From Octopus sinensis (Eukaryota), in assembly GCF_006345805.1 (NCBI RefSeq), contig NC_042997.1, positions 202,740,001 through 202,804,000 on the forward strand: DNA of 64,000 nucleotides. Reading direction: 5' to 3'. Every line of letters starts with the position of its first letter. The stretch's first letter is position 1. Below the pieces are notes generated by a model. The model saw nothing but the letters and a program-made list of their open reading frames with translations, searched no databases and was not told the origin of the DNA. Shown one piece after another: positions 12,732-24,436 of this stretch. The position numbers and the translations under genes were made by a program.

Positions 12732-12860
12732 GTGGCAAGCTGGCTGAATCATTAGCATGCAGGGCAAAATGCTTAGTGGCATTTTGGCTGTCTGTGTTCT
12801 GAGTTCAAATTCCGCTAAGGTCGACTTTGCCTTTCATCCTTCTGGGGGTTGAAGTAATCA
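12732..12860 (+). mobile_element. SINE family 2 (Meta-domain-like), 5' part
   Basis: ggcaagctggctgaatc..gagttcaaattccgc..gactttgcctttcatcc. Confidence 0.75.
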
Positions 12861-13124
12861 ACTTACCACTTCCACCCTACGCCTGAACTTGCTAGCCTTG
12901 TGGCAAAAGATTCAAAGCTTGTGTGAAATATTAGGATGGCATGATTGATTAGATGTTTGCCAAACATACTCAAATGACACTGCATACTGTTTCCTGTTTT
13001 ATCAGTTGGACTACATTGCACTTTTAAAGAATTTTATTTACCATAATTTTATCTAAGCTTGTGACAAAATTCATTATTTTGTCACAAGTTCAGATGAGCT
13101 GGAAAGCATTATGATGAACACATC

Positions 13125-13580
13125 ATCATCATCAACATCATTTAACGTCCATTTTCCTGGTTGGCATAGGTTTGACAGGAGCTAGCAAATTGGAAAGTTG
13201 TACCATGCCCCAATTATCTGATTTTACATGGTTTCTACAGCTGGATGTCCTTCCTAACACCAACTATTTTACAGAGTGTACAATGTTCTTATGTGGAACA
13301 GGCATGGGAACTTTTTATGCAGTACCAACACAAGTGCTTTTTACATGACACCAGCATGGGTGCATTTTACCTGGCACTATTGTGGGTGTTTTTTATGTGA
13401 AACCTGTGGGGTCACTAAATATCTTGCAAGACAAGGACCTCTCACCTGAGAGAGAGAGTGAAACTGAGAGAAGTGACCATGTGTCAGGTGAAAGGTTGAA
13501 GTTTGATAGAAGGACAGGGATATCTGTCTTACTACAGAGAAGATACTTGGCTACTCTAGCAGGACGAGGAAGGTGTGTGT
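13125..13580 (-). mobile_element. RTE 3'-UTR tail with about 24-bp subrepeats
   Basis: catcatttaacgtcc..ctacagctggatgtccttccta..repeated gtgctttttacatg. Confidence 0.75.
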
Positions 13581-14099
13581 GAGACTCAGAGATAATTAAA
13601 ATTACTTATGCATACTCATACAGAGTGCAGTAGAAAATCCTCCCATATTTTACACAGTCAAAGGTGTGGCATTAGTAAAATTAGATAAATGGGAAAAGTA
13701 TTTTCATATAGCTTATTTTATTGCTCTTTTTTCAGCGACCATTATGGTTTAAACTGGTACACACCACACCAAGTTTTTGTTATTAAAACATTTGTCAACC
13801 AGTACATAAAAAGGTCTTATAAAACTAACATTACTGACAGCGATAGTATAATGCTGAAAAGAATGCTTCTTTACTGTACCTACTTTTGTTGTTATTTTGT
13901 GCTTAACCTGGAGAGGAAAGTGCAGTGTATTGCCCGATATGTGATTAAGAAATTTGCTTCCCAACCACATAGTTTCAGAAAGTCTCAGGTTCAGTCCCTT
14001 TGTGTGGCACCTTGTGCAAATGTCTTTTATGAAAGTCCTGGGCTGACCAAAGCTTTGTGAATGGATTTGGTAGATGGGGTCTGAAAGAAGCCAGTCATA

Positions 14100-14133
<34 letters not shown>

Positions 14134-14140
14134 TGTGTGT

Positions 14141-14181
<41 letters not shown>

Positions 14182-14574
14182 TGTGTGTATGTGTGTATGT
14201 GTGTGTGTGTGCGTGCGTGCATGTGTATATATATGTGGTGGTTGTAAATAAGTTCCACTGTCATTCATTTCCAATATTCTACATAAACATGTTTGGGTAT
14301 GAGAAAATATTTCCTTGATTGAACACAAGTGAGGGTTGACAACAGGAAGGACATCAGTCTGTAGAAAATCTACTTTGAGAAACTCTGACACATGCAACCA
14401 TGGAAAAGTGGACAGTAATGCAATGATGATGACTGATGTTGCATTCATTCTCACCACACTCTTGTACACTTGAACATGAAGATGGAATTCTTGCTATTGG
14501 ATTTTGTAGCAGAGAACAGCTTCTCCCAATAGACAATGTGGGCAAACAATACACTGCACCATAAGTAAACTTAC

Positions 14575-14634
14575 TAGACATTTCAGTGTAATTGCTACAC
14601 CTTCAGTTGTAGCTACCATCCAGTCCTTTGGAAG
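14575..14634 (-). CDS. Candidate 60-nt phase-0 internal exon (LPKDWMVATTEGVAITLKCL), unknown protein
   Basis: tctttTAG acceptor, GTAAGT donor, open frame, non-repeat sequence; pyrimidine tract is short. Confidence 0.22.
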
Positions 14635-14948
14635 CTAAAAGATGCTGCCAACCATCATCTCTTTTCAAGCAAGATAATATTTTCTCTTGGCCATGCATGT
14701 TTTTCATGAACAGTATTGCTTGTATGACAGTGATGTTCATTTACAGCCATCATGTGATATCAAGACAAGGGTACACTCAAATACACATACACATATACAT
14801 ATATCCATCATCATCATCATCATCATCATACCTAAGCATCCATAAGTCAGAAAAAATAGGCAATTGCATATTTGTTAATAAAGTAGGTATATTAAAGTAC
14901 ACAGTATTGTAGATCTATTTCAGCCAATCTTACCAATTGGTTGCCCAC

Positions 14949-15767
14949 CAGGTATTAGATAACCAAATATTAGATAGCAGGATAGTTATCTAAATGCAAT
15001 GTGCTCTTCAGAGATGGCAGGTATGGAAAACAAAACCAAAAACATGGTGACTGCTCTCAGTTATTGGAGGTAAGAAAATGTCACACTTGGTTTGTGGGTG
15101 CTGGATATATTTTCACCCAGACTCTCACTGCTTTACAACTAACTCAAGCATTTTGGAGTCAAGAGACATAATCTTTATATATAAAAGTGAGGTTGTGTGC
15201 TGTCTGTCTCCTACGATTTAGATTCCTAACTACTCCCACATTTTGCAGTGCAGTTTAACCAAAACCGGGTATCTTATAGTCGTGATTCATATCAAGCCCT
15301 TCTGGGTATTAGCGCGCGTCTACGATGAGTCTACGATTTAAAAAAAATTTACCATCAATTTTTCCCATTTTTAATGCATTTTTGGCATATATAAGGGAAG
15401 TAACTCTCTAAAAATTTATTATTAAATCTCAGAACGTAAAAAGCTACAGTAACACCCACCCCTTTGTGGTTTGCCATATTGAGATGGCTATTATACTTTA
15501 CATCTCTAAAAATGCTTATATAGTTATTTCCCTTACAAACCCGAGCAATGCCGGGTGATACTGCTAGTTCTTGATAAATCTCTTGCATAACTGCCTCCTG
15601 CAACTTTGTTTTGTCTTTTTCCACAATACTCACAAATTGAACATGACATTTTCTCACCTCCAATAACTAAAAACAGTCACCATGCTTTTTCCATACCTGC
15701 TATCTCTGAAGAGCATATGTATTTAGATAATCACCAGGTTATCTAATATCCAGTTATTTTATACCTG
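14949..15767. mobile_element. MITE with about 160-bp TIRs starting CAGGTA (Tc1/pogo-Tigger-like), interrupted by a Helitron
   Basis: 14949-15110 is the reverse complement of about 15620-15767 (gctcttcagagat..gcaggtatggaaaa..catggtgactg..agttattggaggt.agaaaatgtca). Confidence 0.8.
15172..15567 (+). mobile_element. Non-autonomous Helitron
   Basis: A|TC 5' end, subterminal hairpin acccg-agcaatgc-cgggt, CTAG|T 3' end, no TSD. Confidence 0.9.
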
Positions 15768-15829
15768 ATGCAAAAGTGATTGGTAAGATCAGCTGAAATG
15801 GATCTGACATACTTTATGCTTTAATTAAC

Positions 15830-16035
15830 ATATGCCATGATGGATCGTTAGCTCCTACACGCATTTTTTTCTCTCTTTGTTTCTCTCCTTATTTTTTTCT
15901 GTGTATCTTTCTGCTGAAGAGCGTGGGCTCGAAACGTAAAAGACTTTTTCTATTCCTGAGCACTATACTAATACATTTGTTTGTTTGTACTCCACCTTCG
16001 TCTTTTGTTTATTTTCGTAAACTTTCCCTTTATAT
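15830..16035 (+). mobile_element. Solo pLTR of the Neptune-like PLE (family B) with hammerhead-like fold at 15906-15943
   Basis: Homologous to 21315-21527; UCUUU-CUGCUGA-A-GAGC GUGG GCUC-GAAACGUA-AAAGA. Confidence 0.8.
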
Positions 16036-16432
16036 ACATGACATGCTTGGCTTCTTTCAGTTTCTATCTTAAAGTCACTCACAAAGCTTTGGTTGGCATG
16101 GGTCTATTGTAGAAGCCTCTTGCCCGAGGTACCACACAGTGAGACTGAACACAAAACCATGTGGTTGGTAAGCAAGTTTCATAACCACATGCCACTCCTG
16201 TGCCTATTGATGAGATTGCAAATGGTAATGAAAAGGCTCTAACAAACTGTTTGATTGAGTAATTGAAGGACTAATCAAGCAATCAATTGGTTAATTGGTT
16301 AATTAGTTTGCTATTTGATTAATAATAATAAAGAAAAGAATAAAATAGGACCAGTGGGAATATTTCTTATTAGTAAACTGACTCTACTCAGATTCATCAG
16401 TTATAATATTGGACTACACTATGCTAGTACAG

Positions 16433-16494
<62 letters not shown>

Positions 16495-16964
16495 TACCCT
16501 CCACTTGCCACATCCTGGATATTCCGCTGGGTAAAGAGAGTGGAAGGGCCATGGCTGTTCACAAATATATAGGCTCCTAAACCAATAAGTGAAACCTTAG
16601 TACATTCTACCAAGCCATATTCAAGATTAACTACTATAGTAGTTTAGCTTTTTAAAGGATAAAGAAAAGATGAAGATTACTATTGAAAAAGAATCTGAAA
16701 TATGAAACTTGTGATCAATAACCCAGCCTCTAAGGCAACAGAATTTGTTAATTTTATTCGCATCAGCCTTTCACCTCTCACCTTATCCAATATCAATAAC
16801 TACACATAACTTTGAATAACATTATTCAGAATTGTACATACATATTATTGATACAAATATAGTTTTCTGTTGTAAGGATAATTCCAGTGGCTATACTGAA
16901 GAGATGGTAAATTCAAGGCATGTCTATAGAAAATATAAGGAATTCTTTGAATACATATGATATA

Positions 16965-17828
16965 TGAGATAGTATCCAAAAATTCCTGGACCAGTTATGT
17001 TTAAAAATAACTTATTTACCTAAGTTGTAACATCATCTCCTTCAAAATAGTCACCTTGCTCAGCAATACACTAGTCCTAGTATTCCTGCCACTTTTTGAA
17101 TCCAGCCTGGAAATCATTTTCTGTGAGTCTTTTCTGCTTTGCTCTTCATCTTGATGACAGTGTTAAAACAGTGACCTTTGAACTGAATTTTCATCTTTGA
17201 GAAGAGATGGAAGGCCTCTGGTGCTAAATCTGGCGAATAGAATGGGTGCAGAAGTAATATGCTGCTTTTGGCAAGAAACTCATGAGTGAGGAGAGCTTGA
17301 TGACAGGTTGCATTATCGTGAAGAATCCAATTCCTGTATGGACCCATACAACAGACCACCAACATCAGCAATGTCGTTGATTGTCCTATGATGATTCTCA
17401 TGCACAAGCTGATGAATTTTCTCCACATTCCCAGGGGTGACGCTCATGGCAGGTCTTCCAGATTGCTCATCATCTTCCAAGGACATTCTTCTGCTTTTGA
17501 AGTGCTCGTGCCACTCACAACATTGCATACAACCCATTGCCTCATCACTGTAATCTTGCCAAAGTATGCTCAATGTCTCTGTAACAAGCTTCCCAAGTTT
17601 AATGCATAATTCCACCTTGGCTCTTTGTTTCAACTTCCTGTCATGACAAAAATCACATACTACAGCATACATGTGATCACAAAAACACAAATTCCACAAC
17701 TTGCAAAATAAACACAGTGATGTCACTTGGCACATTGCCTCATGAAGATCACTGCTAGCTCTCACTGTGCATACAACCATGTGCAGCTATCTGTTGGTGC
17801 ATTACAGAACTAACCCAGGAACTTTTTG
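16965..17828 (-). mobile_element. Internally deleted mariner with TIRs
   Basis: HTH region (LEDDEQSGRP..EKIHQLVHEN..TINDIAD) joined directly to WILHDNA..YSPDLAP; same family as 58016-58867. Confidence 0.9.
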
Positions 17829-18682
17829 CTTATTTATTTTTCAATTTACCTAATAAAAATCTTGTTAAGAAATATTTTGTTTCTCGAAACAACCTTCTTG
17901 TTTGCAAGAAGTAAATTAACATTATTATATATTTGTACTGATAAAAACAAATGAGAAAAGTACTTCGTGTTGTTGAAGCCAAATTTCCCTCCGATAACAT
18001 CTTATCACCTTAGAAAAAGATATATAGGATAATGTGGTTCTGGATTACCTGCATACTCATTCCTGTTAACCCTTAACACAGTACTTTCTCTTTCCCCTAA
18101 CACTGTCATGGCTATTCTCTTCACTAATACCCTGCTAACAATAAACCTTTTCTTCCTATGGTACTTCTCAACATCTCACACCCAGTATTACTAGTCTCTT
18201 TAGTCTTATAAGATACACACTGATGTCACTAGAGTGTACCAGATGCCATGATATAAGCACAGAGTGCACTCTGTAAATTGGTTGTCTTTAAAAAGGGGAT
18301 CCAGCAGTAGAAACCATGCAAGACTGAGACATTGGAATAAAATGATGTTCCACTGACTTGTTAGATCCTGTCAAACCATCCAACCTATATCAGCATGGAA
18401 ATCATACATAAAATAATGATGGTGATGGTGGTGGTGGGAGCTGCAGTGGTAGTGATGTGATGGTGATGATGATGGTGTTGGTAGTTGTAGTGTGATGCTG
18501 GTGGTGAAGTCACTGATTATATGTTTTCTCAATCCCACTTAAATAATTTAAAAAATATACACATAACACATATATTTCCCTCGACTACATTCCACACAGA
18601 CAACATTGATCAACTTGAGGTTATAGAAAACAACACTTGCCTGAAGTACCACACACTAGAATCAAACCCAGAACTATGAGGC

Positions 18683-18871
18683 GTAGGAGTGGGTGTGTGG
18701 TAAGTAGCTTGCTTACCAATCACATGGTTCCGGGTTCAGTCCCACTGTGTGGCACTTTGGGCAAGTGTCTTATACTATAGCCTCAGGCAAACCAAAGCCT
18801 TGTGAGTGGATTTGGTAGACGGAAGCTGAAAGAAGCCTGTTGTATATATGTGTATATATATATATATATAT
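18683..18871 (+). mobile_element. SINE family 1 5' half (split by the PLE insertion)
   Basis: SINE head runs to its internal (TA)n, where the PLE begins. Confidence 0.9.
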
Positions 18872-20520
18872 ATTCCCCTCTGCCCTCTAACCCCACACAT
18901 AGCTACCAACAGACGGTATCCTCTACTGTCCAAGACCTCATCTCGTCCTCCCGTCTCCCCCGCACCGCATCCAACCTAATTGTGCGAACCCCACGTACCC
19001 TCACCATTTACTTCCTCCCCAAAATCCACAAACCCAACAACCCTGGCCGCCCCATCGTCTCCGCCTGTAACTGCCCCACGGAGCTCATCTCTAAATACCT
19101 CGACCGTGTCCTTGCCCCCTAGTGGCATCTCTTCCCTCCCACATCCACGATACCAACCATGCTCTCCGGCTTTTCAACTCTTTCTCCTTCCTCCCGGCTC
19201 CTCCAAAATCCTTTTTACTATGGACATCCAAAGCCTCTATACTGTTATCCCTCACCACGAAGGACTGCAGGCCCTTCGACACTTTCTTGACCTCCGCTCT
19301 AACCCTGTACCTGACACCTCCACACTCATTCGTCTGGCCGAACTTGTCCTTACTCTGAACTGCTTCTCGTTCGCGGGCGAGTTCTACCATCAGATCTCGG
19401 GAGTAGCCATGGGAACGCGAATGGCCCCAACTATGCGAACCTGTTCGTTGGCTATGTTGAGGCCCAAATATTCTCTAATTTCACTGGTCCCACTCCTGAA
19501 CTATATGGTCGTTATATTGACGACATTATCGGTGCCACCTCACTCTCCCGTGAACATCTAGATTCCTTCCTCTCTTTCGTCCAATCTTTCCATCCAGCCC
19601 TCCACTTCACTTCCACTATCTCCAACACCTCTGTCTCCTTCCTCGACATTTCGGTTAGCATTCTTCACTCCACTCTTACCACCTCCATTCACTACAAACA
19701 CACAGACTCACACTCATACCTCAACTTCTCTTCCTCCCACCCAGAACACACCAATTCCTCCGTCTACGTAGGCTCTGTAGTGACGACCATGACTTTGAGA
19801 CTCAGTCTCAACGTATGGCTCACCACTTCACCCTACGTGGATACCCCCTCACCACTATCCACACCGCCCTTGCCAGAGCACGGTCCGTGGACCGTGTATC
19901 TGCTCTCTCTCCCCGAACCCGCCCTGTAGTCTCCCGCCTCCCTTTTCCCCTCACTTACCACCCCACGACCCTACGTCTCCAACGCACCATTCTTCGAGCT
20001 TTCCGTCATCTCCAGTCCGACCCGTCCACTTCACACCTCTTCCCTAACCGACCCCTCCCCTCTTTCAAACGAGCCCACAACCTTCGAGACCTTTTGGTCC
20101 ATAGCTCCTTCCTGACCCTACCTCCCAACCGGCTCGTTCCCCTGCTCCCGCCCACGTTGCCGCATTTGCCCTTACCTCTCCAACACCACCGCCTCACTAG
20201 CACCCACCATCGACCCTATCCCATCATCCACTCCTTCACCTGCACCTCCAGCAATATTATCTATTGCATCTCTTGCTCTCTCTGCAATTCCTTGTACATC
20301 GGACAAACGGGACGCCGCTTGGCGGAACACCTTCGTGACATCCACCTTGCGAACGACACACCGGTCTCACGCCATTTCCGCTCCACCGGTCACTCCTTGC
20401 AACACCTATCTGTGTTCGGTTTGTCCTTACACAGAGGCCATCCGGATTCCCGTTTGCGCCGTGAACAGGAATTAATCTTCTCTCTTCGCTCTTATACGCC
20501 ATTTGGTCTCAACTCTCCCC
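18872..20520 (+). pseudogene. Frameshifted PLE RT-endonuclease ORF
   Basis: Conserved motifs are distributed across ORFs 18802-19122, 19122-19358, 18980-19561, an unlisted frame, and 19815-20927. Confidence 0.9.
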
Positions 20521-21394
20521 CCCCTCCTCACCTATCCTTTCTCCCCCCGACCCCTACTTCTTCAGTCCTTCATCCTTTCACCCCTACTCCTCTTCCCTTC
20601 TTCCCTCTTTCTCCCTCCCTCTTCCCCTTCCTTTGCTCCTCACTCCTCTCTCCCCTTCTCTCTCCCCTCTCCCTCTTTCCTCCTTCTCTTCTCTCCCTCA
20701 CTCCCTCTCTCCCCTTCTCTTCCCTCTCCCTCTTTCCTCTTCATCCCCTCATCCCCTTCCTTCTACCCCATCCTCTCTCTCCCCCCTTCTCCTCCCCCTC
20801 TTCTTCCCCTACCTTCTTTACCCCTCTTCTCCCCCTCCCCCTCTTCTCCTCACTACACCACATGACTTTACACATCACATCACATATGATGTGCCATACT
20901 AATACACACCCAACTAATACATACTAATACGTACTAATACATACTAGTACATACTAATACTTACACCAACCCTATACATACACACGTCCAGACCCCGCAT
21001 ACGCACTTATACTCTCTCACAACACACACACACACCTATACATACCAATATACTAATACATACTAATACATACTAATACATACACCAACCCCATACATAC
21101 GCACGTCCAGACCAATCTTACGCACTAATACTCTCTCATACACACACACACACACACCCTTATACATACTAATACATACACCAACCCTATACATACACAC
21201 ATCCAGACCCCTCCCACGCACTTTTAGCTGGTCCCTCAACCCTTTTATCAACCCTATTATCTCCCCTTATTTCGCTCTCGCGTCTCATGTTTGATCTTTG
21301 ACCTCTGGCCGAAATCAGATCGCCATGTTGATTCGTTAGCTACTGCACGCATTTTTTTTCTCTCCTTCTTTCTGTGTTTTTCTCTCTCTGTGTA

Positions 21395-21432
21395 TCTTTC
21401 TGTTGAAGAGCGTAGGCTCGAAACGTTAAAGA
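21395..21432 (+). ncRNA. Minimal hammerhead fold with variant core CUGUUGA in the Neptune pLTR
   Basis: UCUUU-CUGUUGA-A-GAGC GUAG GCUC-GAAACGUU-AAAGA. Confidence 0.65.
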
Positions 21433-21529
21433 CTTGTTTTATTATATTTCCTGAGCGCCATACTAATACAATGTTCGTTTGTTTTCCACCTGCCTTCGTC
21501 TTTGTTTTTTTCATAAAGCTTCCCGTTAT

Positions 21530-21533
21530 ATAT

Positions 21534-21580
<47 letters not shown>

Positions 21581-21802
21581 ATATGTGTGTGTATATGTTT
21601 GTGTGTAAGTGTTTGTCCCCCCAACATCGCTTGACAACTGGTGCTGGTGTGTTTACATCCCGGCAACTTAGTGATTTGGCAAAAGCAACCGACAGAATAA
21701 GTACTAGGCTTACAAAGAATAAGTCCTGGGGTCGATTTGCTCAACTAAAAGGCAGTGCTCCAGCATGGCCACAGTCAAATGACTGAAACAAGTAAAAGAG
21801 TA
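21530..21802 (+). mobile_element. SINE family 1 3' half (continuation of 18683-18871)
   Basis: (TA/TG)n then gtttgtccccccaacatcgcttgacaac..tgactgaaacaagtaaaagag. Confidence 0.9.
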
Positions 21803-24436
21803 GACAAATTTCTTAACCACAAAACCATGTCTGTCCAACACAGCCATACCTTAATCAATGCTTTGCCTCTTCTCAGGCATTTAATTCCTTAATCATTTCT
21901 CTTTTTAAATTCTAAATTTAAAATGATATTTGAAAAGATTACATAACTCTTATTATTCTCTAGACTTTTTTTTTTACCATTTACCTTCTCATAAAATATT
22001 AGTTTATTTATTCACAAAAAAAATATATATTTCAATATTTTTTGCATAATATCTTCCTTTTTCTTTAGGATAATTAATGCAAAAATTGGACATTTTAGGA
22101 ATATTTCTTCAAACTAATGATAGAATCTGTGATCGTCACAGCTGTGCAGGAAAATATATGATGTTGTAAACAAATTAAGAAACAAACCTCCATATTGTCA
22201 AGAATGGCATCATTAACCATCATCTCTAGCAGCTTACTTCCATTTTTCTCTTCTATTTGTTTTCTAACAAATAACAGGAATACTTTCTCACCATTTTTTT
22301 TTTTTGTTATGAAAAATTGAAATAAGCATAGAAGGAGTTGTATCTAATGAGAACAAAGCCCCTGTTTAATAATCTTTTGAAATATTATTTTCTTCATGTA
22401 ATCTCCTTTTCCAACTTATTTTATTTCAGCCTGATAATCACCTACCTGTATTTTACCAATCACCTGTTTATATTCTACCAATCACTTACATGTATTCTAT
22501 CAATCTGAACACCACCTCTCTGTGTTGCCAATCACCTTTATCTATATTTTATCAGACTTGTTTTCAACTATCTATGTGCTATTACAGACTCAATGCTGCA
22601 TTACCTCTTATATTTGCCAAGCCAATGAAGGAGACCCGAAGGAATTGCTCAGCCTTCTGGGAATAACAGCTAAATTCCCTTCAAATCACACCCTACCATT
22701 TTAAAAAGCTGAGATGATGCTCACAGCTTGAATATATTTTATTATAGGTTTGTTCTATGAAGGCCAACTCAAGATTAGTCAAACAACGGCTTCTCACGTC
22801 TGTTTACAAAATGTTTTGGTTAAATATTAGGTGCTGGTATGGCTGTATTGACAAGACTTTTGCTTTACAATCCCTGGTTTCAAGTTCAGTCCAACTGCAC
22901 AGTATCTTGTGTAAGTGTCTTCTATTATCACTCCATACTGATCGATGCCTCATGATATAATCTGGAAAGCAGTACCCATGACTTTTCACAGGCTCTGCAA
23001 GATGGGAGAGAAGAAAGAAGTTATCCTCAAACCATAGACCTGACCCAAATACTTGCAATTGAGTGGATTCCACTAAAGGCAGCCAAATGCCAAATGCTGG
23101 AGTTAAACTAGGTGAGCAATTAAGTCTCCCTCCCAAGTGAACCATGAACTCGAGATGTAATGGGCTAGAACAAATACTGCAAGGCATCCAGTCCAATGTT
23201 CTTACAGTTCCACCAAACTTCTCTCTGAATCGGTACTTTTGTGTTAACTCTAAAAGGATAAAAGCTAAAATCAACCTTAGTATGATTTGAACTCAGAGAG
23301 TAGACAGTCAGACCAAATATTATGTAACATTTCATCCAATGCTGTAATGATTCTGGCTATTGGCCTGCCTTATTTAGAAAGAGAAACATAAAAAGTGAAA
23401 AAGAAGAAAAGAGAGAAAAAGAAATAAGAAACTTGTAGACAGTTACAATGGAATTTGTTGTTTTTCTATAAGTAATAAGTATCTGGTTATTTATTTGTGT
23501 GGGAAGATATTAATTTCCATTTCTATCTCTGTGCCTTTGTCACTCTACACTGGTTGTCATGACACCACATGACAATCAGTGTTTGTTTGTATCCTCTCAG
23601 CAAAATTGAGACCAATAAAATAAGTACTGGGGTTGAATTTATTAACTAAATTCTTCGTCGTAGTGCCCCAGCAAGGCCACTGATCAATGACTGAAAGAGA
23701 TAAAACAGATAAATGCTATATTTCCTGGTTTGTTGTGAATGAATTTTAAACCTTTATACAGTATCCAATTTCACTGAGATACATAACAAGACATTAACAA
23801 AGCAAAAAATGGAGAATGTGAACATAGTTTGGCTTAATTGCTAAACTTTCGGAATTTAGAGGAAATGGAAAGAAAAAGTTGGTGCTTTGTCATTAGAGTT
23901 TGGCTAGCTTGTCAATAGTTTCTAGTGGGTTGGTATTACTGAAATTTAATGAACAATTAAAAACAATAAAGAAGACAAAATACATTCAGGCAAACGTCAA
24001 CACTCTCTCAAACAGCTGTTTCTTCATGCTGGCATGGCAAACATGCTCATGTTTAGGAAATATGTACAGAAAAAAAAATTACTATGCAGGATCAAATGAA
24101 AGGAATTTATACCAATTACAGATGGTAATTGTAAAACATGTTAACAGAATAAAATGACTAATGTGTTATCCTGTATTAGAAAATTTTAAAAATATCTTTT
24201 ATCTAAAAATAAACCCTTAACTTCATTAGTTTAGAATTCTGTACTTTAATTCTTCTTCCTCTTCTACTTCATCATTTTTCTTTTACTCTTCTTTGTTTTG
24301 CTTGTAGGTTTTTAAAAAAAAAACTTTTCTTTTTCTCTTTTCTTTCTCCTTCTTTATTTTCTCTTCCTAATAATTCATGATGTGCATTCAGAGCAGCAAG
24401 AATACTAACAATGGTGTATATATTAATTCTCAATAA

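Larger units (their letters stand above)
18872..21527 (+). mobile_element. Neptune-clade Penelope-like retroelement, 5'-truncated, with RT, Zn-finger linker, GIY-YIG, simple-repeat 3'-UTR and pLTR
   Basis: LPKIHKPNNPGRPIVS; TMDIQSLYT; GVAMGT; YGRYIDDI; FLDISV; SHPEH; off-frame PCSRPRCRIC; TCTSSNIIYCISCSLCNSLYIGQTGR..EH..HF..H..RE..LI..L..GLN. Confidence 0.95.

Noticed and set aside
16629-16644. Perfect 16-bp palindrome AACTACTATAGTAGTT
   Set aside because: Too short and AT-rich to assign a function
19815-20927. 370-aa ORF taken as one protein
   Set aside because: Only the first about 235 aa are PLE-derived, with an internal off-frame stretch; the Pro/Leu/Ser tail is read-through into a CT repeat
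22804-23274. 156-aa minus-strand ORF
   Set aside because: It begins and ends in SINE fragments; the middle has no recognisable motif or convincing splice boundaries
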